From: Squalus acanthias
Taxonomy: Eukaryota
NCBI GenBank assembly: GCA_030390025.1
Contig: CM059425.1
Span: 166,596,001 to 166,660,000 of the forward strand
Length of the DNA stretch: 64,000 nucleotides
Direction: 5' to 3'
In this document: one piece after another, positions 51,964 through 63,032 of the stretch
How the letters are laid out: every line of letters starts with the position of its first letter
Position numbering within the stretch: position 1 is the first letter of the stretch
The notes under the pieces: generated by a model
What the model was told of the DNA's origin: nothing
Database searches by the model: none
The model's input: the letters and a program-made list of their open reading frames with translations, nothing else
Translations under genes and position numbers: made by a program

Positions 51964-54900
51964 CTAGAGCCCGCGCAGCCCGTCTACCTGTGTCCGCTCA
52001 GCTATGATGCGTGGAAGCGACCCTTGGTGGAGATGGTGGTAGAGAAACAGAAGGGTAGTTATTTGTTGGACACGGGAGCTTCTTGCACCGTGATTCATAC
52101 AGATAGCCCTTTTGACTCGCCGCTATCTACCAAGGTCCCATTCACATTAGCGGGGTTCACGGGAAAAGAACAGGCTGGCGCGTTCTCCCTTCCGCTATCC
52201 ATTCGTTTGGGGGCACTTCACGTCAAGTGGAAGTGCATACTGATGGAATGGCAGGAGGGGGGTGGAAGAGGTATCCTCGGGTCCGATCTCCTATCAGGAC
52301 ACGGGATCCTCGTGGACCTCAGAAATCACTGTCTCTGGGGGGCTAAGAGTGAAGAAGGCGAGGTAGTGGTAATTCCGGGGGAGGAAGAAACAGGGGTCCT
52401 GTGTACCATGCAGCCATCCGGAGGCTACGACCTCGGGCTTATGGTCGCGGATGTCCCAACGGACATGCAAACGTACGTGTCAGATAACATGCACGCGTTT
52501 GCAACCCACAAGCACGATTGTGGGAGGGTTACCGGGTTTGAGGTCAGCGTAGATGGGGACCCCATGACCCGGCCCCAAAAGCTGTATAACTTCCCCAAAG
52601 AAGCAGAACCCGATATGGAGACAGCAATGTCCTCCTTGGTGCAACAGGGCGTGTTAAGGCCGATAGCCACACACGTGAACTCCCCATTATGGCCGGTTAG
52701 GAAACCGGATAATTCGTGGAGGGCCACGGTGGACTACAGAGTCCTTAACAGTAACATTCCCGCCTGCGCGCCCACGGTAGCAGCAGTTGCTGACCTAATA
52801 GGGAGTATCCCAGCGTCCGCGACCACGTTCACGGTGCTGGATATCTCGAACGGTTTTTGGTCTATCCCGCTGCGGCGAGAGGACCAGTACAAGTTTGCCT
52901 TTACTTTCAAAGGACAACAGTACACATGGAACTGTCTGCCACAGGGTTTCCACAATAGCCCCAGTATTTTCCATCAGTGTATGGCAGGAAGTTTAAAGGA
53001 GTTTAGTCAGCCCAATCAGATAGTGCAGTACGTGGATGATTTGCTCCTATTTACGGACTCAAGGGAGGAGCATGGACCACTGCTGGACGAGTTATTGGAG
53101 CTGCTAGCGAGAAAGGGTTTTAAAATAAATCCTAAGAAAGCACGTATCGGTCAGCAGGAAGTAAAATTCCTGGGACTGACCATTCGCGCTGGGGAAAGAG
53201 CCATGGATAAAGCTAGGAGGGAGTCGGTGCAAGAGTTACCGATTCCCAACACCATAAGGGGTGTGAGGTCCTTCTTGGGACTGACCGGTTACTGCAGGGA
53301 TTTTATCGAAGACTATGCGGCCACAGCGGCGCCGCTCCTCCGACTCCTCCATAAGGGAGTGGAGTGGTCTTGGGACGAGGGCTGCCAAGCAGCCTTCGAG
53401 AAGTTAAAAAGGGATCTGCAGACCGCGCCAGCTTTAGGGGCCATAGATGGGGGGAAGGAGTTTTTCCTGGAGGTAGCTGCCAGCGGGGACAGCTTGAGCG
53501 CTGTGCTGCTCCAAGAGCGCCACGGCAAGCTGAGGCCGGTTGTCTATTCATCCAGGGTGTTAACGGATGTGGAGAGAAGTTTCTCCAATTGCGAAAGGCA
53601 CCTTTTAGCCACGCATTGGGCTGTGAAATGATCAGCGATCTTCACAGGGCTCTCTCCCATCACTCTCCTCACCCATCACACACCAACTAAGATGCTTCTA
53701 GATGGGAGGATTAAAGATGGGACCGTAAGCAGCGTGCGTATTGCGCGCTGGACCCTTCTTCTTTCCCAGATGGATCTTAGAGTTAAAGGTCTTTGCGAGC
53801 CCAGGCTTGCGGCCAATTTGGTATACCCCGGTACAGCCCACCGGTGTTCGGTGGAAGGGGTGTGGGACGTCAACATAGGTTTGCGGGCCGGGATACATCC
53901 CACTGGGCGCGAGATTTATGTTGATGGGTCTAGCACAGTATCTGCTGGCGAACGACTCACAGGGTGTGGAGTTTATGACCCTGCGGCAAACCTTGCCCTG
54001 GCGATCAAGCTCCCTAGCACCATGAGCGCGCAGCAGGCTGAGCTGTCTGCCGTGGTGTACGTTGTTACCCACCCAGACATTTTCCGAACCCCATACACGA
54101 TTTGCTCGGACAGTATGTTCACCTGCAATTCGTGTACGGAATACCTGGCCATTTGGTCCCGCCGTGGATACACCTCCGCGGACGGGCGACCTTTGACGGT
54201 GAAGCCCTTGCTGGAAAAGATCCTAGCAGCAGTAGGGGAGGAAGGGGAGATTTTCATCCATAAGGTGAAGGCTCACTCCTCCACAGAGCCCCGTGGGGAG
54301 GGCAACCAGCAGGCGGATGCGCTAGCCAGGGAAGGTGCCCGCAACGGCATTTTCTGGGACCCCTATGGGACCAGACCCATGGCAGCGATCCAAGGCAGGG
54401 ACGGGAATCCCGGGAACTCCAGGGTAGCATTGCCCCTAGACCTTAAGACCGTCCAAACCCAGGATCCCGCCCTAAAAGCAGTCCTAAAAACCCTTGCTGA
54501 GGGGAAGCAGGTAGAGGGTCCGTACAGTACGGCAACCCTCTCAGTTAAGGAAGGCATGCTGTTCCGCGAGGAGCAGTGGGTTGTGCCGCAGCAGCACAGG
54601 AGGGAATTCCTCCAGTTGGCTCACGAGGGACCAGGGGCAGGGCACCCCGGGCCCGAGGTTACCTGGCAACGGGTAGAGCAAGCGGGATGGTGGCCAGGGC
54701 TCAGGGAACAAGTCCGCGAGTTCTGTGCAAACTGTCTTGTGTGCGCTGCAAACAACCCAGACCCCCAGAAAAGGAAAGTGCCCATGGGACACGTAAGAAG
54801 GATAGAGGGACCATGGCAGTCGATACAGATCGACTATATAGGGCCCCTGCCCACCACCCAGGGAGGCTATAAATACTGCCTTGTCTTGGTGGATGTGTTT

Positions 54901-56872
54901 TCCAAATGGGTGGAAGCCTTCCCCTGTCGAACAGCTACGGCACTGGGTACTGCAAAAATCTTGGTCCGGGAAGTGTTCTCGCAGTGGGGACTCCCCCGTT
55001 TTGTGGAGTCAGACCAAGGGAGCCATTTCACCGGCCAGGTGATGCAGAACACCCTCATGCTTTTGGGCATTGAAGGGAAGTGGCACGTAGCACACAATCC
55101 CCAGTCATCCGGGATTGTTGAACGCATGAACCGGACCCTGAAGGAGAAATTGAGGAAAGAGACTAGGAACTCGCCCCAAAAATGGGCGGAAGTTCTGCCT
55201 TTAGTCCTCATGGGGGTCCGGGCCAGTCAGTCGAAAAGTACGGGGTATTCCCCGCACGAGGTGATGACTGGGAGGCTCATGCGAACCCCCACCCATGTGC
55301 TAGCGCCGGTGCTCACTTAGGGTCATAGAAACATAGAAACATAGAAACTAGGCGCAGGAGTAGGCCATTCGGCCCGTCGAGCCTGCTCCACTATTCAATA
55401 CGATCATGGCTGATCATTCAAATCCAGTACCCTGTCCCTGCTTTCTCACACAGAATCCCCATCGAGCCTGCACCGACACATATCCCACCCTATCCCCGTA
55501 ACCCCACGTATTTAATTCCCCCTAACATATCCCATCCTATCCCTATAACCCCACATATTTAATCCCCCCCTAACACTAAGGGTCAATTTATCATAGCCAA
55601 ATCAACCTAACCCGCACGTTTTTTGGACTGTGGGAGGAAACCGGAGCACCCGGAGGAAACCCACGCATACACGGGGAGAATGTGCAAACTCCACACAGAC
55701 AGTCACCCGAGGCTGGATTCGAACCCGGGTCCGCTGGCGCTGTGAGGCACCAGTGCTAACCACTATGCCACCGTGTTGCCCAAGAGATAAGCAGGGACAA
55801 GTTCGCCCAGACCCTCTTGGAGCGCCTGAAGCAGGTTTATGAGCAGGCGGCTGGGAACATGGGAAGGCAGCATCAGGGCAATCGCCGGTTGCTGGAACCC
55901 CGCAAAACGCGGGAGTGGGAAGTAGGAGACCAAGTCATGGTCAGAAACTACGCCAGGGTAGGGAGTCTGGAACCACTGTATATGGGACCCTACAACATTG
56001 TAGATAAGGCGAGTCCCATGGTATACGCCGTAAAAGTACCTCGGCGCACTAAGTGGTTCCATGTAAACCAGTGCAAACTGTACAAGCCAGGTGCGCAAGG
56101 GAAAACCACAGGGGAAAACCCCGCGAGTGGGGACGCGCAGCCCCAGGTAGGACCACAAGGCACACAGGCAGGCAAAGCAGCTTGCATCAGGGGAGGAGAC
56201 ATCCTGGAAAGTCATGAAGCATTTTTGTGGGGTTGGGAGTCAGATGAGGATAGTGATGAAGACGAGTGGGATTTGAGGAACGTAAGGGTCGCCCCCATTT
56301 TAGGTATAGGGAGGACACGGGCTGCAGATGGAGATCCGCACAGGGTGGACACAGAGGCTGCAGGTCCCGAACACAGGAGGGAGGAGCTAGGGGAGGCGGA
56401 GCCAGCCGCTGTGAGACCACAGGGAGTGACGGTGAGAACCTCCGAGCCCGAGCCGCCCGCCGTGAACGTCCCGCCCTCGGGGGAGGCAGGGATCGCGAGT
56501 GAAGGGCCGCCTGCTGGGCCAAGCAGGGCGGGGCCACAAGCTGCAAGTCCCGAGGTCAGGGAGGCGGAGTCAGCGGAGGCGGAGCCAGCGACTGTGGTGG
56601 AACCACAGGTCGTCCCGGTGGAAGTCTCGGAACCCAGTCCGTCGGTCCTGGGATTCATGCCCCCGACAACTCCTCGTAGGTCAGGTCGGGCACCCCAGCC
56701 CAGGAAGATGTGGTCATGTCCCCAGACTGCCCCAAGGCGCAGACTTAAGGTTAAGGCAGCCCAGATAGGACCCAGTCCCATCGCAACAGCAACAGGCTGC
56801 GGCAGATCAAAGGAAAGGGTCAGTGCCCTCCCACCGTCGGGAAGAGCTCGCAGCAGCCTTCTCAGAATTTAA
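51964..56872 (+). pseudogene. pol: pol (protease, RT, tether, RNase H, integrase), in frame with gag; two nonsense codons and a SINE insertion
   Basis: PR: LLDTGAS. RT: LDISNGFWSIP, LPQGFHNSP, YVDD. RH: YVDGS/QAEL/CSDS/NQQAD. IN: HHCC, IDYIGP/SDQG/VERMN, GPY. Stops at 53629 and 55318. Confidence 0.93.
55324..55781 (-). mobile_element. HE1/V-SINE-like SINE inserted in the integrase
   Basis: tRNA head GGGCAACACGGTGGCATAGTGG, V domain, and CR1-type tail with (TTTCTATG)n. Removing 55324-55780 restores the frame (GQEISRDKF). Confidence 0.9.
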
Positions 56873-57146
56873 AGGGGCCGCCCTGGGAACGGGCGGCGCT
56901 GTACAGTAATAAGTTTAGATAAGGTTATAAGTTTATAGTTTTAAATAAGTTTAAGTTTGTAGTTTAATCTTAACAGAAAATGGCAAAATGATGGGAGCTT
57001 TAGAGATAGGTTTAGTTAAAGTTTATTCAGCGAACATTGAAGTTTACGTGAGGCGAGGTCAGGGGACCCGCTCACCCTTCACAAAAGCCAGAGACTCTTG
57101 CGAGGCTGGCTACCTCATTCTATCTGATCACAAGAACCAAGGAAGG

Positions 57147-59485
57147 ATGGAACGAATTCTAGTATTGCTCGCGGCAATCGGATATGGATTGGCCTATCGA
57201 GGCCGCACCAAGGATGTCGTGGTGTTTGGATGCTCCGGGGACACGGCCCCCATCGCGGTGGATGGGACCGGAAGACGGGAGGCTGAGGAGACCACCACCT
57301 ATTTCCACAAGGGAAGGTGGCCAGGATGGCTGGGAACGAACTCGACGGAGTATTCTAGCACATCGGGGTTTGCCTACCAAGAGACTTCTTTAATGTGCCC
57401 CAAAGTAAGGATCATCGCACCCAGGATCAGCGTCACCGTCGGCAAACGGATTTGTTTGACTTGTAGTGGGAATGTCCCATTGAGCCGATGGTGGTGGCTG
57501 CGAAAGCTGAGCAAAACTATGAGGAACTCTTCGGTCGAGTGGGAACGACTGGGCAATAATACCCATCGGACAATTACGGGGACAAACGGACAAGTGAGAG
57601 TCTGTTGGGACAAATGGTGGGAACCGGATGAGGGAATTTATGTATGTATGTGGGGGTCAAAGTACGTTTGCCCCAAAGGCATCTCCATATTTTTCATTAA
57701 TCAATGGCAGGATAACGGACAGGGGATGAGGTGGGATGCGAGCACCAGGGGGTGCGGAGCCCCATTCTCCCCGATCCCAGTAAATGCCACTGAACTCATT
57801 ACGCGCCCACGCAAAGCCCCGCCCACGATTCCGGTGGTTCTAGCTAAGGAAGAAGGGTGCCCTAAAACTAGTAAGGGACCCGGGAATGGTTTGGTACTGG
57901 TCCCCACAGACCAGATACTATTCCAGGGGGTACATTACGCGGTGGCCTCGGTGATTTTAAATCTCACCGAGGTGCGGTTACCAGTGTGGTGCCCCAAAAA
58001 GACGGAACAGTTATATCAGGTCCTGTTGACCAAGATGTTCAGACAATTTTACGAATTCGATTTCGCGGAAATTGATAAAACAAGTTTGTACACTGCACCA
58101 CATGAAGTTTTTGATCAGGTGGGGAGGCAAAGAAGGGGTGTTGTGAACGACGCGTTCACTGCTTTTAACACGGGTACATCTGTGGTCAACGCTCTAGACA
58201 GTGTGGAGCTGCAGACCCAGATTAATGGTCTAAAGACACAATTAAAAGACATTCTAACAGATGAGAATAAAGTGGTAGGGTCGGGTTTACACGAGGACCA
58301 AGCCATGACTCTCCATTTAAAGGAAATTATAGCAGAGTTAGAGAAACATGCAAAGACGGTAAATGCCCTGATTAGGGAAGATCGGAATGCATCCGATCAA
58401 GCTGCGCAGAACGAGGTGTGCGTGCTTTACGGGGCGTGGTTACTGGGCGAGGGCCGCAGTAATTTGGAGGATTTAAAACAAGGTTTGGTCCCGTCCTGGA
58501 TAAGTAACAAACACCTGCGGGCGCTCCACCCTTTTCAGAACGCATTAAGTCCGTGCCAGCTCAGGCTAGCTTCAGAAGCATACCCAGTCCCCGTGGACTG
58601 CGGACGATCAAACCATACTATTATGGGTATAGTACTACGTATGCCGGTTTTGGGCGACACAGCAAAGCCCGCCCCGGTGTATCGGGTAGAGAACATTGGT
58701 GTCATTCAGGGGGGAGCCCACATTCGCTATGCAGCGGTTCCACCTTACGTCATCCGCTGGGAGCAAACGATGACAGGTACAGATCTCTCTGGTTGTCGTG
58801 GCAGGGGAGCACACATAATACTGTGTCCCCAGCACTTGAATGCCTTTTTAACACCACAGTGCGGGTTCAGAACGGCTGGCGCCAAGTCCATGAGGCAATG
58901 GCACAAGATCATGTGCCTCCGCAGGTAGCATACATCGGGGGTGGAACATATTGTGTTACCACTGCAGCGCAACACTACCAGCATGGAAACCGTAGCCGGT
59001 GTCCGGTGAGTGACAGCAGTTTCTGTTTCAAACCCAGGGCGGAAGTTCAAGTAGCACAACAGCGAATTGTCCCAATCCCTGAACCATCCACTGTTCATCT
59101 TACAGTAAAAGAGAATTTCACCGACTTGCAGCGATTCGTCGCGCATTTCGGATACCTCATTCCCCCTCTCCCTGAACACCTCACCAAGCTTTTGAAAGCC
59201 GTCGCGATGTCACAGAAACATTTTTACACACTCGAGCAAAAAACTGTCGAAATAGGGACAGACATTCTGGACATAGTGATTCCACCGTGGTGGAATCTGT
59301 TCACCAATATTGAAGTACCTTCATGGATCAGGATAGCCTCCCACATTTTAGTAATATGCCAAGCTTTTATTGTGGTATACCTATTGGTCGTACATTGTAA
59401 AAGAGACAAACGCCTCACCAAGCACGAAAACACGGGAGAGTGGCGAGAACGTTACGTGCGCGTGCACGATGAAAGCACCGTGTGA
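57147..59485 (+). pseudogene. env: env: signal peptide, Ig-like domain, class I F-like fusion ectodomain and TM; one frameshift near 58890
   Basis: MERILVLLAAIGYGLA signal; furin site RQRR (58125-58136) followed by GVVNDAFTAFNTGTSVVNAL and heptad repeats; Cys-rich region; TM IASHILVICQAFIVVYLLVV. The frame is open from an upstream ATG at 56988. Confidence 0.85.
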
Positions 59486-59918
59486 TCGGAAAATGGCGTC
59501 ACTCCCGCTTGCCACGTGCGCCGCGGAAGTTTGTACTCGATCATGATTTTCAAAGACTGTAAATACGTTTGGAACTCGACATGTTTAAGAGTTGGTGTTG
59601 ATTATTTTGGTGATGGTGTTGTTGTTGAAGATGATTGTTTGGTTTTGTTTTGTTTTTCCTTTCCCGAAATAAAAATGTGAATATACAGGTGATACGAGAG
59701 GCATCGGCCTGGTTACGCCTGGAAGGAAAACAAGTGGTGTAAGCTTAAAGGCAAATGATGCCTACGGTGATATAAAATGTAATTTTCTTGGGAAATAAGG
59801 ACGACGCAAAGACCCTAGATAGTTTAAGTTATGGGATTTAATTTACTGGATTCGGAGAAAATCAAGATAATATTGCTCACCACTATATTTTTGATACGAT
59901 AAGCGGAGTTATTCGCAT

Positions 59919-59931
59919 CAACAGGAGGGAC
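59919..59931 (+). promoter_or_regulatory. Short polypurine tract
   Basis: AACAGGAGGGAC immediately precedes the 3' LTR (copy at ~45448-45459). Confidence 0.7.
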
Positions 59932-61543
59932 TGTAGAATTCGCAATATATCGCGATTTTATTAATAAGGAGAAAAACACATAGTTTCGTTCAAACAGCTT
60001 TTATTTCAGCAGAATGCTGTCAGGTTTCAAAGTGGACACAAGCAGCTTGTAAAATGGCCGCCGCACCTCGTGGCGGAACATTCTAGACTTTTCGACAGGC
60101 AGACAAGATGGCGTTCCAATAAACATTTGTGCAAGATCGATTAAGATTCAGCACATCGAAGATAATACACGAGACATCTTGGGTTTGCAGTATACACATA
60201 GATACTGAAATCGGTCTCCCAGGTACGAATGAAGGCTATTGTGCCCAGTAATCAAGAACCCATCCAAAGATATTAATATGTAAAATCCCAACGACTCTAC
60301 GATGAGAGAGCCGTTAGCGGGTAGTTACAGAAAACACTTGGAGGCCCCAAAACCCCTCCAGGGAGACTACCGACCGATTAAACAATGGGAGAAATATTAA
60401 CAGGTACTCAGGCATTTACGAGTCGCCCCGAAACCCATTAAAAACGGAAATCACCTATACAAGACATTTGAGCGCCAAACCCTAACAAAAGAAAAGACAT
60501 TAAGGTTGGGCGGGAAACGGAAGATTTTGTACTATAATTACAAGCTCCAACCGTCCATCTCTCTCTTATCTTGCTGGTGTTCATCCTGGTGGCTGCTCCT
60601 GTGCTTTTGACTCGCCGTCTTGTTCCTGTTTGCCTCGTGTCCCTTTTAAAAGACTGTTGAACTTTGTGATCCGCTCGGATCTACCTCGTGTCGTGTCACG
60701 AAGACCTGTGTTGGTAACCGGTATCGGAACCAAAGGCCCGAGAAGAGATGAGATGAGATGAGATGAGAAGAGACGAAGACCATACTTATCGCCACGGTCA
60801 GTAAGCCCCGACCGCGCCTGTAGGTCGAATTGACATTTTTTCCTTGCCAGGAAGACTTCTTTGAACTTTAAAGAACGGACACCGGGAGATTCTTCTCTTA
60901 AGTGTTGACTGGAAAGTGAAACCCACAAACACAGATCTTCATAACAGCAGACGTTCCAGCCTGCTAGCCGGAGCAGAAACGAGTAAACAAGTGGGGCCAG
61001 GAGACCCCCTGATCGACACGTGGGTGCTGCGGTGAAAACATCCGATCAGATATTCGGAATTTCTCCGAGTTATCACGAGTGGTGAGCATGAGTCTCGAAT
61101 CCTACGAATCTAGTTTAGAATAGGTATTGATAGGGGAGGGTTTAAGTATTAAGGATAATTGTAATGTGTGCCCCCATTTACGGTGTGTCGTTCGTTCCTC
61201 GTTTCCCTGAAATCAGTTACATGACTGCGTGTAAGATTGTACTGTCATTAATCTGTGCTTATGACATGTATTTCGTAATCTTAAATATTATGCAATAAAG
61301 ATTTTCCATTTCGTACCATTCAACCGAGTCTACCTGAGTTTCATCTCCATTACTGCTCTCGCATCTAAGTCCAGTGTCTAGAACCGTAAGGGCGAGTGAT
61401 TCGAACCACTCACAGGTGTGTCTAGTGCTCCCAGACTGGCTGGAGACCAGAACAGGCAACAAGGCCTAAACCCGCACTGACATACAGGCTGCACAGAGCC
61501 ACGTGAATCTCACAGGCTGAGAGACACGTCAGAAACCCTTACA
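59932..61543 (+). repeat. 3' LTR (1612 bp)
   Basis: Direct repeat of 45460-47071; ends in CA followed by the TSD. Confidence 0.97.
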
Positions 61544-62559
61544 GAAATTTGAGTCAGTGTTAGTTTTTACATTTTTAGAGCCCTGCCGGATTTGTAGTTT
61601 TAATCTGGGCCTTCTGCCTCAATCGATCAGCAACCAAAGGCCCCAATCTTAGTGACCCGACATGCACCTGCAGGCCTGAGAGGACAATAGCTGCGTTTAC
61701 ATTATTTACTCCACCTGCGGCTGCTAGGCTATACCAAGGGATGGGCCATTGTTGAATGCACCTCTGGGCCTTATAAATGGCCCAGGACAAGAAATCCCAG
61801 ATCTCCTGGGGCTAGACAGAAGCCGTGTGCTTCAGGCGCTCTGCTCCTGTCCAGTACCGAGGCAGAGGGGAGGGGGCAAAAAATAATTGCCCTATGGTGC
61901 TTTAATGTTATCAGAGAATCCTTGCAGTATTTTTCAAAATAAGAGTTAAAAGCCAGTAACTTTGTTTTTATTACTTCAAGGGAGGTTTTTTTTTGCTTTT
62001 GGGAAATTAACTTAGTTTAATTTGGTTAATGTGCTAAATGTAAGTGCCAGTTCTTGTGCTTTGCATACATTAATGGGTGGAACTTTGTAAATTGATTCCA
62101 GCCATTCAATTAGAACCAGGAATTGTTTTTTTTATAGATTTCATCATTGTCTTAACGTCAGATTCAAATGTGGTTGATTGTCGCAGGTCACTGCCTATTT
62201 AAACTGGCAATCCGACATGGATGAAAGGGCTATGGGCTGTCTGAAAGCTATGATGTGTCTTTTAAATTCATTTGATTTCTTTCTTCAAAGAAATTCAAAA
62301 GATAAAAGCTGTCTCCGTCTGCAGGTTCTTTAGTTTTAACTGGATCTGAAGACTGTTGAATAAAAGAGCTCCTTGACTGTGTAGCTCACGTATTTCATGT
62401 GAAATTTCCAACCTGAGTTATACATCTTGAGGCAACACCTGTTACTGGGGAACGTGAGGAGGCTGGATTATTAGCAGTTACCATTCCAGAACTCAGGACT
62501 TTGTTTTGTTCAGAGAGACTGGTCAATGCTATAAATACTCTTGAGGGAGGGGGAGGAAT

Positions 62560-63032
62560 TTCTGGATAGTTTTCTCTAGAGTGCAGTCTCACTTTAGAGG
62601 AAAGCACAGGTACAGAAAGGGAAGAGTGAGTCTGTTAGTCAGTAGGGTAAAGGGGAACCAAGGGGAGATAGAGAAGGAGGTCTTGCAAACACTGGTCCTA
62701 TCCAACAGGTACAATGTACTTGCTACCTGTGAGGATAAGGATGCAGGCTGCAGGGTGGACAGCCAAAATATTAAGCATGGCACCATGGAGCAGGAGGCAG
62801 TCCAAGTGGGGAAGAGCAGACTAGAAAGGTCGTAGGGAAGAAAAGGGAGGAGGTCCTGCTAAGGGAATATCAGAAGTTAGGAACAAAATAAAAAAATAGG
62901 ACCTCACGGGTGGTAATCGCAGAATTACTATGTGAGCCATGTGCTAATTGGCATAGGGATAGACAGATCAGGAAGGATAATATGTGGCTGAAAGAATGGT
63001 CCGGGAAGGAGGGGTTCCATTTCATGGGACAC
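62560..63032 (+). mobile_element. Old CR1 ORF1 (esterase-type) relic
   Basis: LSNRYNVLAT motif and a degenerate WLKEW..KEGFHFMGH segment. Confidence 0.6.

Larger units (their letters stand above)
43989..61543 (+). mobile_element. Endogenous retrovirus-like provirus (lokiretrovirus-like): gag-pro-RT-tether-RH-IN-env
   Basis: TG...CA termini, 4-bp TSD GAAA (43985-43988, 61544-61547), two 1612-bp LTRs, PBS, PPT, and all retroviral domains in order. Confidence 0.93.

Noticed and set aside
53629..53631. Second programmed readthrough in pol
   Set aside because: The TGA falls mid-domain in a non-CUAG context and is best explained as a CGA>TGA deamination; the TAG at 55318 is likewise probably from GAG.
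55700..55781. tRNA gene
   Set aside because: The A and B boxes belong to a SINE head followed by a V domain and LINE tail; the same applies to 32840-32910 and 11450-11523.
43989..61543. Classification as an endogenous foamy virus (long LTR, YVDD)
   Set aside because: A CCHC knuckle in Gag, in-frame gag-pol, an F-like env and no accessory ORF between env and the 3' LTR all argue against it.
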